In this document: in pieces, positions 44,901 through 56,103 of the stretch
How the letters are laid out: every line of letters begins with the position of its first letter
Numbering within the stretch: the first letter of the stretch is position 1
Assembly: GCA_965240325.2 (NCBI GenBank)
Contig: OZ251223.1
Span: 3,720,001-3,784,000, forward strand
Direction of reading: 5' to 3'
Source: Rebecca billardiae RCC1528
Lineage: Eukaryota; Protista; Haptophyta
Length of the DNA stretch: 64,000 bases
Made by a program: the position numbers and the translations under genes
Notes under the pieces: generated by a model
Database searches by the model: none
What the model was told of the DNA's origin: nothing
What the model saw: the letters and a program-made list of their open reading frames with translations, nothing else

Positions 44901-45175
44901 GAGATGAAGTCCTCCACCGCCTCGTTGATCCGGTCGGCGCGGTAGGTCGCCTCGCCGTACGCCTCGTCCAGGCCGCCGGGGCCGCCGTCCACGCCGCCGA
45001 GGCTCGCGCTGGAGGCGTCGGTCGTCTCGTCCGGCAGCACGCCCAGGTCCAGCAGCGCCTCCACCGCCTCCGCGATCCAGTCGCCGGGCGGAGGCGGCGA
45101 GGGCGGCGGGGCGGGCTCGGCAGCGCCGCTGCCGACGGCCGACGGCGGCGGCGGGCTCGGCGGCGGCGAGGGCGG

Positions 45176-45208
<33 letters not shown>

Positions 45209-45238
45209 CGGTGGGGGCTGTGGTGGCGGCGACGGAGG

Positions 45239-45273
<35 letters not shown>

Positions 45274-46834
45274 GCGGCGGCGAGGGCGGGCTCGGCGGCG
45301 GCGGGCTCGGCGGCGGCGGGCTCGGCGGCGGGCTCGGCGGTGCAGGCGGTGGCGGGCAAACCCACTCCGACTCCCACAGCGATGCAAACGCACGCGGGTA
45401 GAGCGTGAACGTGCCCGGGCAGCAGTAGCACTCGCCCGTGTCCGCCCAGAAGCTGAACACCGAGCACGCGCTGTACAGCGCGGCAGCGCACTCGTCCTCG
45501 TCACGCGCACCCACCACGTCAGGCACACTCGACACGCGCGGCCGGGGAGGCGCCTTGTCGTCCGGCACGCACGAGTAGCCCGTCGGAGGACCGCCCGAGT
45601 ACGCAGTCGCCTGAACTGCCCCGTTGCCGTTGCATGGCGGGGGTGGCGGCGGCGGGCTCGGCGGCGGTGACGGAGGCGGCGGCGGCGAGGGCGGTGGCGA
45701 GGGCGGCGGCGAGGGTGGCGGCGCAGGGCCGCCAGGGCCGCCGCCGCCATCCGCGGGCGGTGGGGGCGAGGGCGGTGGCATCGGCGGCGGCGAAGGCGGT
45801 GGTGGCGGCGGTGGGCTGGGTGGTGGAGGGCTTGGAGGCGGCATAGGTGGTGGCGAGGGCGGCGGGGGAGGCGGAGGGCTCGGCGGCGGCGGGCTCGGCG
45901 GGGGCTTAGGTGGCGGCGAAGGCGGTGGTGGCGGCGGTGGGCTGGGTGGTGGAGGGCTTGGAGGCGGCATAGGTGGTGGCGAGGGCGGCGGGGGAGGCGG
46001 AGGGCTCGGCGGCGGCGGGCTCGGCGGGGGCTTAGGTGGCGGCGAAGGCGGTGGTGGCGGCGGTGGGCTGGGCGGTGGAGGGCTTGGCGGTGGCGTCGGT
46101 GGTGGCGAGGGCGGCGGGGGCGGCGGCGGGCTCGGCGGCGGCGGGCTCGGCGGGGGCATCGGTGGCGGCGAAGGCGGTGGTGGCGGCGGTGGGCTGGGCG
46201 GTGGAGGGCTTGGCGGTGGCGTCGGTGGTGGCGAGGGCGGCGGGGGCGGTGGAGGGCTAGGCGGCGGCGGGCTTGGAGGCGGCATCGGTGGCGGCGAAGG
46301 CGGTGGTGGCGGCGGTGGGCTCGGCGGCGGCGGGCTTGGCGGTGGCATCGGTGGTGGCGAGGGCGGCGGGGGCGGTGGAGGGCTTGGCGGCGGCGGGCTT
46401 GGAGGCGGCATCGGCGGCGGCGAAGGCGGCGGTGGCGGTGGCGGGCTGGGCGGTGGCGGGCTTGGCGGTGGCATCGGTGGCGGCGATGGCGGCGGAGGTG
46501 GCGGCGGGCTCGGCGGTGGCGGAGACGGAGGCGGGCTCGGAGGCGGCGACGGCGGTGGCGGCGGTGGCGAGCTGGGCGGCGGCGGCGACGGCGGCGGCGA
46601 TGGCGGTGGTGGCGGTGGCGGGCTGGGCGGTGGCGGAGACGGAGGCGGGCTCGGCGGAGGCGACGGCGGTGGCGGCGGTGGCGAGCTGGGGGGCGGTGGC
46701 GACGGCGGCGGCGATGGCGGTGGTGGCGGTGGCGGGCTGGGCGGTGGCGGAGACGGAGGCGGGCTCGGAGGCGGGGACGGCGGTGGCGGCGGTGGCGAGC
46801 TCGGTGGCGGCGGCGACGGCGGCGGCGATGGCGG

Positions 46835-46867
<33 letters not shown>

Positions 46868-47876
46868 GGGCGGCGGACTCGGCGGAGGCGACGGCGGTGG
46901 CGGTGGCGGCGAGCTGGGCGGCGGTGGCGAAGGCGGCGGCGATGGCGGCGGCGGAGGCGGCGGGCTCGGCGGTGGCGGAGACGGAGGCGGGCTCGGTGGT
47001 GGCGACGGCGGTGGCGGCGGTGGCGAGCTGGGGGGCGGTGGCGACGGCGGCGGCGATGGCGGTGGTGGCGGCGGCGGGCTGGGCGGTGGCGGAGACGGCG
47101 GCGGGCTCGGCGGTGGCGACGGCGGTGGCGGCGGTGGCGAGCTGGGTGGCGGCGGCGACGGCGGCGGCGATGGCGGCGGCGGCGGTGGCGGGCTGGGCGG
47201 CGGAGGGCTGGGCGGCGGGCTCGGCGGAGGCGACGGCGGTGGCGGCGGTGGCGAGCTGGGTGGCGGCGGCGACGGCGGCGGCGATGGCGGCGGCGGCGGC
47301 GGCGGGCTGGGCGGCGGAGGGCTGGGCGGCGGGCTCGGAGGCGGCGACGGCGGTGGCGGAGGTGGCGAGCTGGGCGGCGGTGGCGACGGCGGCGGCGATG
47401 GCGGCGGTGGCGGCGGCGGGCTCGGCGGTGGAGGGCTCGGCGGCGGACTCGGTGGTGGCGACGGCGGTGGCGGCGGTGGCGAGCTCGGCGGTGGTGGCGA
47501 CGGCGGCGGCGATGGCGGCGGTGGCGGCGGCGGGCTTGGCGGTGGCGGGCTTGGCGGCGGGCTCGGAGGCGGCGACGGCGGTGGCGGAGGTGGCGAGCTG
47601 GGTGGCGGTGGCGACGGCGGCGGCGACGGCGGCGGAGGGGGCGGCGGAGATGGCGGTGGCGGGCTCGGAGGGGGAGAAGGCGGCGGTGACGGTGGAGGCG
47701 GCGGAGGAGGGCTCGGCGGCGGCGGACTCGGCGGTGGAGAGGGCGGCGGTGATGGTGGAGGTGGTGGCGGCGGGCTCGGCGGTGGCGGGGACGGAGGCGG
47801 GCTCGGCGGCGGCGACGGCGGTGGTGGGGGTGGCGGGCTCGGCGGTGGTGGCGACGGCGGCGGCGATGGCGGCGGT

Positions 47877-47907
<31 letters not shown>

Positions 47908-48344
47908 GCGGCGGGCTCGGAGGCGGCGACGGCGGTGGCGGAGGTGGCGAGCTGGGCGGTGGCGGCGACGGCGGCGGCGATGGCGGCGGGGGCGGCGGCG
48001 GGCTCGGCGGTGGCGGAGACGGAGGCGGGCTTGGCGGCGGCGACGGCGGTGGCGGAGGTGGCGAGCTGGGTGGCGGTGGCGACGGCGGCGGCGACGGCGG
48101 AGGAGGGGGCGGCGGAGATGGCGGTGGCGGGCTTGGAGGGGGAGAAGGCGGCGGTGACGGTGGAGGCGGCGGAGGAGGGCTCGGCGGTGGCGGACTCGGC
48201 GGTGGAGAGGGCGGCGGTGATGGCGGAGGTGGTGGCGGCGGGCTCGGCGGTGGCGGGGACGGAGGCGGGCTCGGCGGCGGCGACGGCGGTGGTGGGGGTG
48301 GCGGGCTCGGCGGTGGTGGCGACGGCGGCGGCGACGGCGGCGGT

Positions 48345-48375
<31 letters not shown>

Positions 48376-51300
48376 GCGGCGGGCTCGGCGGAGGCGACGG
48401 CGGTGGCGGCGGTGGCGAGCTGGGCGGCGGCGGCGACGGCGGCGGCGAGGGCGGCGGCGGCGGCGGCGGGCTGGGCGGCGGCGGGCTCGGCGGCGGGCTC
48501 GGCGGCGGCGACGGCGGTGGCGGCGGTGGCGAGCTGGGCGGCGGTGGCGACGGCGGCGGCGATGGCGGCGGTGGTGGCGGCGGGCTCGGCGGTGGCGGAG
48601 ACGGTGGCGGGCTCGGCGGAGGCGACGGCGGTGGCGGAGGTGGCGAGCTGGGCGGCGGTGGCGACGGCGGCGGCGATGGCGGCGGAGGCGGCGGCGGGCT
48701 CGGCGGTGGTGGGCTTGGCGGCGGGCTTGGCGGCGGCGACGGCGGTGGCGGCGGTGGCGAGCTGGGCGGCGGTGGCGACGGCGGCGGCGATGGCGGTGGT
48801 GGCGGTGGCGGGCTGGGCGGTGGCGGAGACGGAGGCGGGCTCGGCGGAGGCGACGGCGGTGGCGGCGGTGGCGAGCTGGGTGGCGGCGGCGACGGCGGCG
48901 GCGATGGCGGCGGCGGCGGTGGCGGGCTGGGCGGCGGAGGGCTAGGCGGCGGGCTCGGCGGAGGCGACGGCGGTGGCGGCGGTGGCGAGCTGGGCGGCGG
49001 TGGCGACGGCGGCGGCGATGGCGGTGGTGGCGGCGGCGGGCTCGGCGGCGGCGGGCTCGGCGGCGGGCTCGGCGGAGGCGACGGCGGTGGCGGCGGTGGC
49101 GAGCTGGGCGGCGGCGGCGACGGCGGCGGCGAGGGCGGCGGCGGCGGCGGCGGGCTGGGCGGAGGCGGGCTCGGCGGCGGGCTCGGCGGCGGCGACGGCG
49201 GTGGCGGCGGTGGCGAGCTGGGCGGCGGTGGCGACGGCGGCGGCGATGGCGGCGGTGGTGGCGGCGGGCTCGGCGGTGGCGGAGACGGTGGCGGGCTCGG
49301 CGGAGGCGACGGCGGTGGCGGAGGTGGCGAGCTGGGCGGCGGTGGCGACGGCGGCGGCGATGGCGGCGGAGGCGGCGGCGGGCTTGGCGGTGGTGGGCTT
49401 GGCGGCGGGCTTGGCGGCGGCGACGGCGGTGGCGGCGGTGGCGAGCTGGGCGGCGGTGGCGACGGCGGCGGCGATGGCGGTGGTGGCGGTGGCGGGCTGG
49501 GCGGTGGCGGAGACGGAGGCGGGCTCGGCGGAGGCGACGGCGGTGGCGGCGGTGGCGAGCTGGGCGGCGGTGGCGACGGCGGCGGCGATGGCGGTGGTGG
49601 CGGCGGCGGGCTCGGCGGCGGCGGGCTCGGCGGCGGGCTCGGCGGAGGCGATGGCGGTGGTGGCGGTGGCGAGCTGGGCGGCGGCGGCGATGGCGGCGGC
49701 GATGGCGGCGGCGGAGGCGGCGGGCTGGGCGGCGGCGGAGACGGAGGCGGGCTTGGCGGCGGCGACGGCGGTGGCGGAGGTGGCGAGCTGGGTGGCGGCG
49801 GCGACGGCGGCGGCGATGGCGGTGGTGGCGGCGGCGGGCTGGGCGGCGGCGGGCTTGGCGGCGGGCTCGGCGGAGGCGACGGCGGTGGCGGCGGTGGCGA
49901 GCTGGGTGGCGGCGGCGACGGCGGCGGCGATGGCGGCGGCGGCGGCGGCGGGCTTGGCGGTGGCGGGCTTGGCGGCGGGCTCGGCGGAGGCGACGGCGGT
50001 GGCGGAGGTGGCGAGCTGGGTGGCGGCGGCGATGGCGGCGGCGATGGCGGTGGTGGCGGCGGCGGGCTGGGCGGCGGAGGGCTGGGCGGCGGGCTCGGCG
50101 GCGGCGACGGCGGTGGCGGCGGTGGCGAGCTGGGCGGCGGTGGCGACGGCGGCGGTGATGGCGGCGGTGGCGGCGGCGGGCTCGGCGGCGGCGGGCTCGG
50201 CGGCGGGCTTGGCGGAGGCGATGGCGGTGGCGGCGGTGGCGGGCTGGGCGGTGGTGGCGACGGCGGCGGCGACGGCGGCGGCGGCGGCGGCGGGCTTGGC
50301 GGTGGCGGAGACGGAGGCGGGCTCGGCGGAGGCGACGGCGGTGGCGGCGGTGGCGAGCTGGGCGGCGGTGGCGACGGCGGCGGTGATGGCGGCGGTGGCG
50401 GCGGCGGGCTCGGCGGCGGCGGGCTCGGCGGCGGGCTTGGCGGAGGCGATGGCGGTGGCGGCGGTGGCGGGCTGGGCGGTGGTGGCGACGGCGGCGGCGA
50501 CGGCGGCGGCGGCGGCGGCGGGCTTGGCGGTGGCGGAGACGGAGGCGGGCTCGGCGGAGGCGACGGCGGTGGCGGCGGTGGCGGGCTGGGCGGTGGTGGC
50601 GACGGCGGCGGCGACGGCGGCGGCGGCGGTGGCGGGCTTGGCGGTGGCGGAGACGGAGGCGGGCTCGGCGGAGGCGACGGCGGTGGCGGCGGTGGCGAGC
50701 TGGGCGGCGGTGGCGATGGCGGCGGCGATGGCGGCGGCGGCGGTGGCGGAGACGGCGGTGGCGGAGATGGCGGCGGGCTCGGCGGTGGCGACGGCGGTGG
50801 CGGCGGTGGCGAGCTGGGCGGTGGTGGTGACGGCGGCGGCGATGGCGGCGGCGGCGGTGGCGGAGACGGCGGTGGCGGAGACGGCGGCGGGCTTGGCGGC
50901 GGCGACGGCGGTGGCGGCGGTGGCGAGCTGGGGGGCGGCGGCGACGGCGGCGGTGATGGCGGCGGTGGCGGCGGCGGGCTCGGCGGCGGCGGGCTCGGCG
51001 GCGGGCTTGGCGGAGGCGATGGCGGTGGCGGCGGTGGCGGGCTGGGCGGTGGTGGCGACGGCGGCGGCGACGGCGGCGGCGGCGGCGGCGGGCTTGGCGG
51101 TGGCGGAGACGGAGGCGGGCTCGGCGGAGGCGACGGCGGTGGCGGCGGTGGCGAGCTGGGTGGCGGTGGCGAGGGCGGCGGCGATGGCGGCGGAGGGGGC
51201 GGCGGAGATGGCGGTGGCGGGCTTGGCGGCGGGCTTGGCGGAGGCGATGGCGGTGGCGGCGGTGGCAAGCTGGGTGGCGGTGGCGACGGCGGCGGCGATG

Positions 51301-51670
51301 GTGGCGGTGGCGGCGGCGGGCTCGGTGGTGGCGGGCTTGGAGGCGGAGAAGGCGGCGGTGACGGTGGAGGCGGCGGAGGAGGGCTCGGTGGTGGTGGACT
51401 CGGCGGTGAAGACGGCGGCGGCGATGGCGGCGGTGGCGGCGGCGGGCTCGGCGGCGGAGGGCTGGGCGGCGGGCTCGGCGGCGGCGACGGCGGGGGGGGC
51501 GGTGGCGAGCTGGGCGGCGGCGGCGACGGCGGCGGCGACGGCGGCGGTGGCGGCGGCGGGCTCGGTGGTGGCGGGCTTGGAGGGGGAGAAGGCGGCGGTG
51601 ACGGTGGAGGCGGCGGAGGAGGGCTCGGTGGTGGCGGACTCGGCGGCGGCGAGGGCGGCGGCGAGGGCGG

Positions 51671-51705
<35 letters not shown>

Positions 51706-52006
51706 GCGGTGGGCTTGGCGGCGGCGACGGCGGGGGCGGGGGCGGCGAGCTGGGCGGCGGTGGCGACGGCGGCGGCGATGGCGGCGGTGGCGGAGGCGAG
51801 CTCGGTGGCGGCGACGGTGGAGGTGGCGAAGATGGTGGCGGCGGGTTCGGTGGCGGTGACGGAGGCGTCGACGGCGGCACGCTCGGCGGCGGCGGTACCA
51901 TGGGCGGTGGCGGCGGCGGTGGGCTTGGAGGCGGCGGGGGCGACGCTGGCGAGTCACACGCGTCACATGCGATCGTCGCTTCCGCATCGGTGCACATGTC
52001 AAAGCC

Positions 52007-52043
<37 letters not shown>

Positions 52044-52226
52044 TCACCGCTGAGCCGGCGGCGGCGATGGTCGAGGCGGCGGCGCTCACCGTCGCCGCCA
52101 AGCCCGTCCGGCCGATCCTCCGAGCGGCGCAGCCAGGCCGGTGCACCTGCGAGCGCCGGCATGGTCGCGAGGCGGCGGCGCGCGCGGCGGTCCTGCCCTC
52201 CACCGGTGTGGCAGTCATCGTCGACA

Positions 52227-52265
<39 letters not shown>

Positions 52266-53530
52266 GAGGTCAGCTGGCGTCGCCCGGCAGCTTCGAGCGC
52301 CACGGTCCCCGCGTCATTCCCCGCGGCGCCGCGCGCCAGGCTCAGCATCCGGCGCGCGCGGCGCCGGTCGGAGCCGTCCTCGGCGCCGTCATCGAGGCAG
52401 CCCGGCTCGACGCTGCCCCAGAGCTCGACAGCGGCGCACGCGCCGACGGGGGCGTCGTTGGCGGCGAAGGTGTTGCAGCGCAGCCGCAGGCAGCCCTCCG
52501 ACAGAAGGATCGCGCCACCGCCGAGCTCCGCCTCGTTCCCGCGGAAGGCGCTCATGGCGACCCGCAGCGTGCTCCACTCGGCCGCGATCGCGCCGCCGTA
52601 CCTGCCGGCGGTGTTGTTCTCAAACGAGCTGCGCGACACGTCGAGGGGCCGGGCGTCGTACGCGTACACGGCGGCGCCCGAGGAGGAGACGCCAAAGTGC
52701 GTGAACGCCGAGTCCTCCACGAAGACGGCGCTCCCGTAGATGTACGCGGCGCCGCCCGTGGTCGCGGCCGCGCCCGGCCACTCCGGCCCCGCAAACGCGC
52801 AGCCTCGGCACGTCCAGCTCGAGGCGTACACGTACCACGCGCCGCCGACCTCGCCGGCGACGGAGGCGCCGAAGCTGGCCGTGTGCACGTCCAGCGTCGA
52901 GGAGACAGCGTACACCGCGCCGCCCGTCCACGCCGCGACGTTGTCGTCGAAGTGGCCGCGCATCAGCAAGAGGGAGGACTCGAAGAAGCATGCCGCCGCA
53001 CCCTGCGTCGCGCTGTTGCCGCGGAATTCGCAGTCCTCGAGCGTCGCCGTCGACTGGTAGATGAGCGCGCCGCCGCCGTCAGACACGCCGCCGTTGTCGT
53101 AGAAGGTGCAGTTGCTCAGCGTGGCGCTCGACCTGTACACCTTGAGCGCGCCGCCCTGGCTTGCGTCCTGGAAGCGAAGGCGGTGGAGAGAGAGCCGCGC
53201 GGCGTGGTCGGCCTTCATCAGCCGGCCAGCGAGGCTCGGCCCCGGCGTGAGCACCGCCGGCGCGCTCGTGTTCGCGCACGCGATCGTCACGTCGTCCTTG
53301 TCCACGCACAGCGTGGATGCAACCTCGAACGTTGTCGGCTCGAGCACGAGCGTGTCACACGCGCGCAAGTCGGCAAACGCGGCACTGAGCTCCGCAGTCG
53401 TGCCGATGGGCACCGTGCGACAAGCGGTGGCGGACGCGCGCCCGATGGGCACGAGCAGCTGGGCAGCTGCGAGCACCAGCGCGCGGCAGAGCACGCCCTT
53501 CGAGCGTGCCGTGGAGTGGTGGCGTGCCAT
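41966..53530 (-). CDS. Giant polycystin-1-like/GPS membrane protein with pectin-lyase-like beta-helix head and extensin-like Ser-Pro stalk
   Basis: Single 3854-aa ORF. Signal peptide, GGA(I/L/V)...FxxN beta-helix repeats, poly-Asp and RR(R)L motifs, ~2100 aa of SP3-7, a Cys-rich module, the GPS motif CRFW...WDSAGC...CECTHLTDF, then about five TM helices with a PKD1-like SRQRVTV motif. Confidence 0.85.
45640..51940 (-). repeat. Coding minisatellite: 114-bp (38 aa) Ser-Pro units, with 63-bp (21 aa) units near the C-terminal end
   Basis: GAGCTG landmarks 114 bp apart (46569, 46683). Unit SPPPSPPPPSSPPPPPPSPPPSPPPSPPPPSPPPPPPP; SPPP(M/T/K)PPPSPPPPSPPPPPPP units at about 45780-46480. Confidence 0.92.
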
Positions 53531-54022
53531 GAGCTTGTGGTTCGGCGGGCGCGCGGAGCCCCGTACCGGTAGGTCTCGTGCACGAATAAAGGGCCCGCGT
53601 GAACGGACTGAACCTCCTCGGCCGGTGATGAGCGTCTTAAGAATAGGAGCAGAGGAATCTCAAAAAGGGGCAGGGCCCGAGCAGCCAATCTGATTTGAAA
53701 TTGGAGTCCTGTGGCCCCTCGTGATTCAAAACGATCATGGAGATTGACCAATCACTGCCGAGGAGGAAGCACCTATTTCGGGCGCTAGTTTTCAAGCGAT
53801 GGGCTAATTAGAAAGTCTAACCGAAAACACCATAAGGACTCAGGAATCGTCGAATATCATATAGTAACATTATGGGGATATGTATAGAATCACAGTGTTA
53901 TCATACCGCCCGCGGGTGGGCCGAACCGTTGTCATCGTCTAAAAATACCCTTCCAATATATATATCCCAATAATCGTGGCATGCATATTGTGATCGCTGG
54001 CGCCCGCCCCGCCGCGCGCACG

Positions 54023-55466
54023 ATGGCGAAGGGCCACGCGGGCATCCACAAGCGCAAGGCCGTGCCCGCGCTGCCAGCGCTGCGCGAGGGATCGCTGCGG
54101 CACCGGCGACGGGTGGAGCAGGCGGACTATCGCGCACTCTGCCGCCCCACCGCCGACGGCTTGCTCCACGCCCATCGCCACACGCTCTGCTGCGCGCACG
54201 CCGGCTGCGCGGTGTGCGCCTACAGGCTCGTGGTCACGCCCAGGCTGCACGCGGCTCCAGAGGCGGCTTTCCGGCAGAATGCGCGGCCCCAGGAGTGCCT
54301 TCGCCTGAGCATCGCAGCCTCCGGTCAGTACACCGGCCATGGCGGCCTCTACGCCGGATGCGCGCGCCTGCTCACCGTGGGCGACCTCACCTTCAGCCTC
54401 GCGCTCGCGCGGGCACTCAGCCGGAGCGACAGCCGGCTCACGGCCACGACGCACCTCTCGCGGCCGGAGCTCGAGGACTCTTACGGGATGTCGGCCGTCC
54501 ACGCGACGGTGCACGCCCTCGAGAGTGCCGGGGCGCGCGTCGAGCACGGCGTCGACGCGACGGCCCTGTCGGCCACGCGCCCGGCCGGCGGGCCGTTCGA
54601 CCGCGTCGTGTCCAACTTCCCGTGCGTCGCGGCCGCGTCGGGCGACGCCTCCGCTGACGGGCAGAGCGCAGAGATTCGCGCAAACCAGGCGCTGATGCGC
54701 GCCTTCTTTGCGAGCGCCGCGGCCGTGCTGGCGGCCGGTGGCGAGGTCCACGTCGCGCACAAGAGCAAGCCGCCCTTTGGCCAGTGGGGCCTCGAGCAGC
54801 TCGCGCGAGATGGAGCGCCGTCGCTTGTGTACGCTGGTCGCGTGGTCTTTGACCCGGCACTGCACCCGGGCTACGCGCCGAGGAAGGTGGGGACGTCTGC
54901 TGGCTCTTTCCCGACGGGCGATGCCGTCCTGCACGTGTGGTGCAAGCCGCAGCTCGGCTCGGCGCCCGCGCCCGTGCCCGGCGCGCCACCCACGCTGGCA
55001 GTCTCCGCGGGGGCTGCGGCCGCGGCTTCGCCGCCCACCACATTCGATTCGAGTGCCGATGCTCTCACCGCGCTGTGCGCGGCCGAAGTCGCGGGGTCGG
55101 CTGCGAGTCGCAGCGCTGGTGGCAGCCGAGCTGGGCGCGCCGACGCACAGCCTTCTGACCCGCGGCCATCGGCGTCGCCACAGGGCGATGAAGGGCCAGG
55201 TGCCAGGTGCGAGTCACGCCCTGCGAGCTCCGACTGCGACCGCTCGGCTGCTCGCAGAGGCGTCTGGCCCGTACTGTGTGCGCCTGACCGAGGCGCTGCT
55301 CGACCAAGTGTGCGAGTGCGTCCTCCGCGTCGACCAGCAGTGCAGCCAGTTGCAGTGGGCACCGCGCAGCGGCAGAGATGACGTGGGCGATTCGTCTGAC
55401 TCAGACTCAGACTGTGACGAGAAAAGGGCTGATGAGCCAGATCGAATCGTCAGAAATAATGAGTGA
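54023..55466 (+). CDS. 25S rRNA (uridine-N3)-methyltransferase BMT5-like (DUF2431) protein
   Basis: LLTVGDLTFSLALAL, HGVDAT, FDRVVSNFPC, NQALMRAFF, GEVHVAHK..PF.QW, FDPALHPGYAPRK. The 3' end is uncertain: unspliced stop at 55381, or a 58-bp intron (55200-55257) giving a stop at 55466. Confidence 0.75.
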
Positions 55467-55914
55467 ATCAGACTCGAAGCTTGTCACTGTACGTCAACTT
55501 CGTCACGACACTGTCACTTCGGTCACTGTGTCGCAGCCGTGCTTTCGGAAGCAGTACTACTACTATAGCAAGCCGGTACCGTCTTACGCGTGGCACCCGA
55601 GTAATCGAGTATTAGGCTGCGGTCTGAGGCGTTGCAGTGGGCACCGCGCAGCGGCAGAGATGACGTGGGCGATTCGTCTGACTCAGACTCAGACTGTGAC
55701 GAGAAAAGGGCTGATGAGCCAGATCGAATCGTCAGAAATAATGATTAATGAGTGAATCAGACTCGAAGCTTGTCACTGTACGTCAACTTCACGACACTGT
55801 CACTTCGGTCACCGTGTCGCAGCTGCTTTCGGAAGCAGTACTACTACTATAGCAAGCCGGTACCGTCTTACGCGTGGCACCCGAGTAATCGAGTATTAGG
55901 CTGCGGTCTGAGGC
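55349..55914 (+). repeat. Tandem duplication of ~282 bp covering the 3' end/3'UTR of the BMT5-like gene
   Basis: 55349-55630 and 55631-55914 are nearly identical (GTTGCAGTGGGCACC...GGTCTGAGGC). Confidence 0.93.
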
Positions 55915-56103
55915 GCCGGGGGCCCGGGCAGCTCCGAGCGGCGACGGTCAACTGAGTCACGGTACCCGCCAGCAGAGCGCACCGCGGCGTCCGTGGCACT
56001 CAGCCTCAGGGCTCAGCACGCGGCACTCCGCGCACTGCCGACTACTGCGGCCTGCGGACAGCGGAAGTTTCAATATATAATAATAGTACTACGAATATTA
56101 TAA

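Noticed and set aside
44788-52739. 2371-aa poly-Gly ORF (+), 2479-aa poly-Arg ORF (-) and Ala-rich ORFs
   Set aside because: These are antisense or shifted-frame shadows of the Ser-Pro coding repeat. Only the 41966-53530 frame has a signal peptide and domains.
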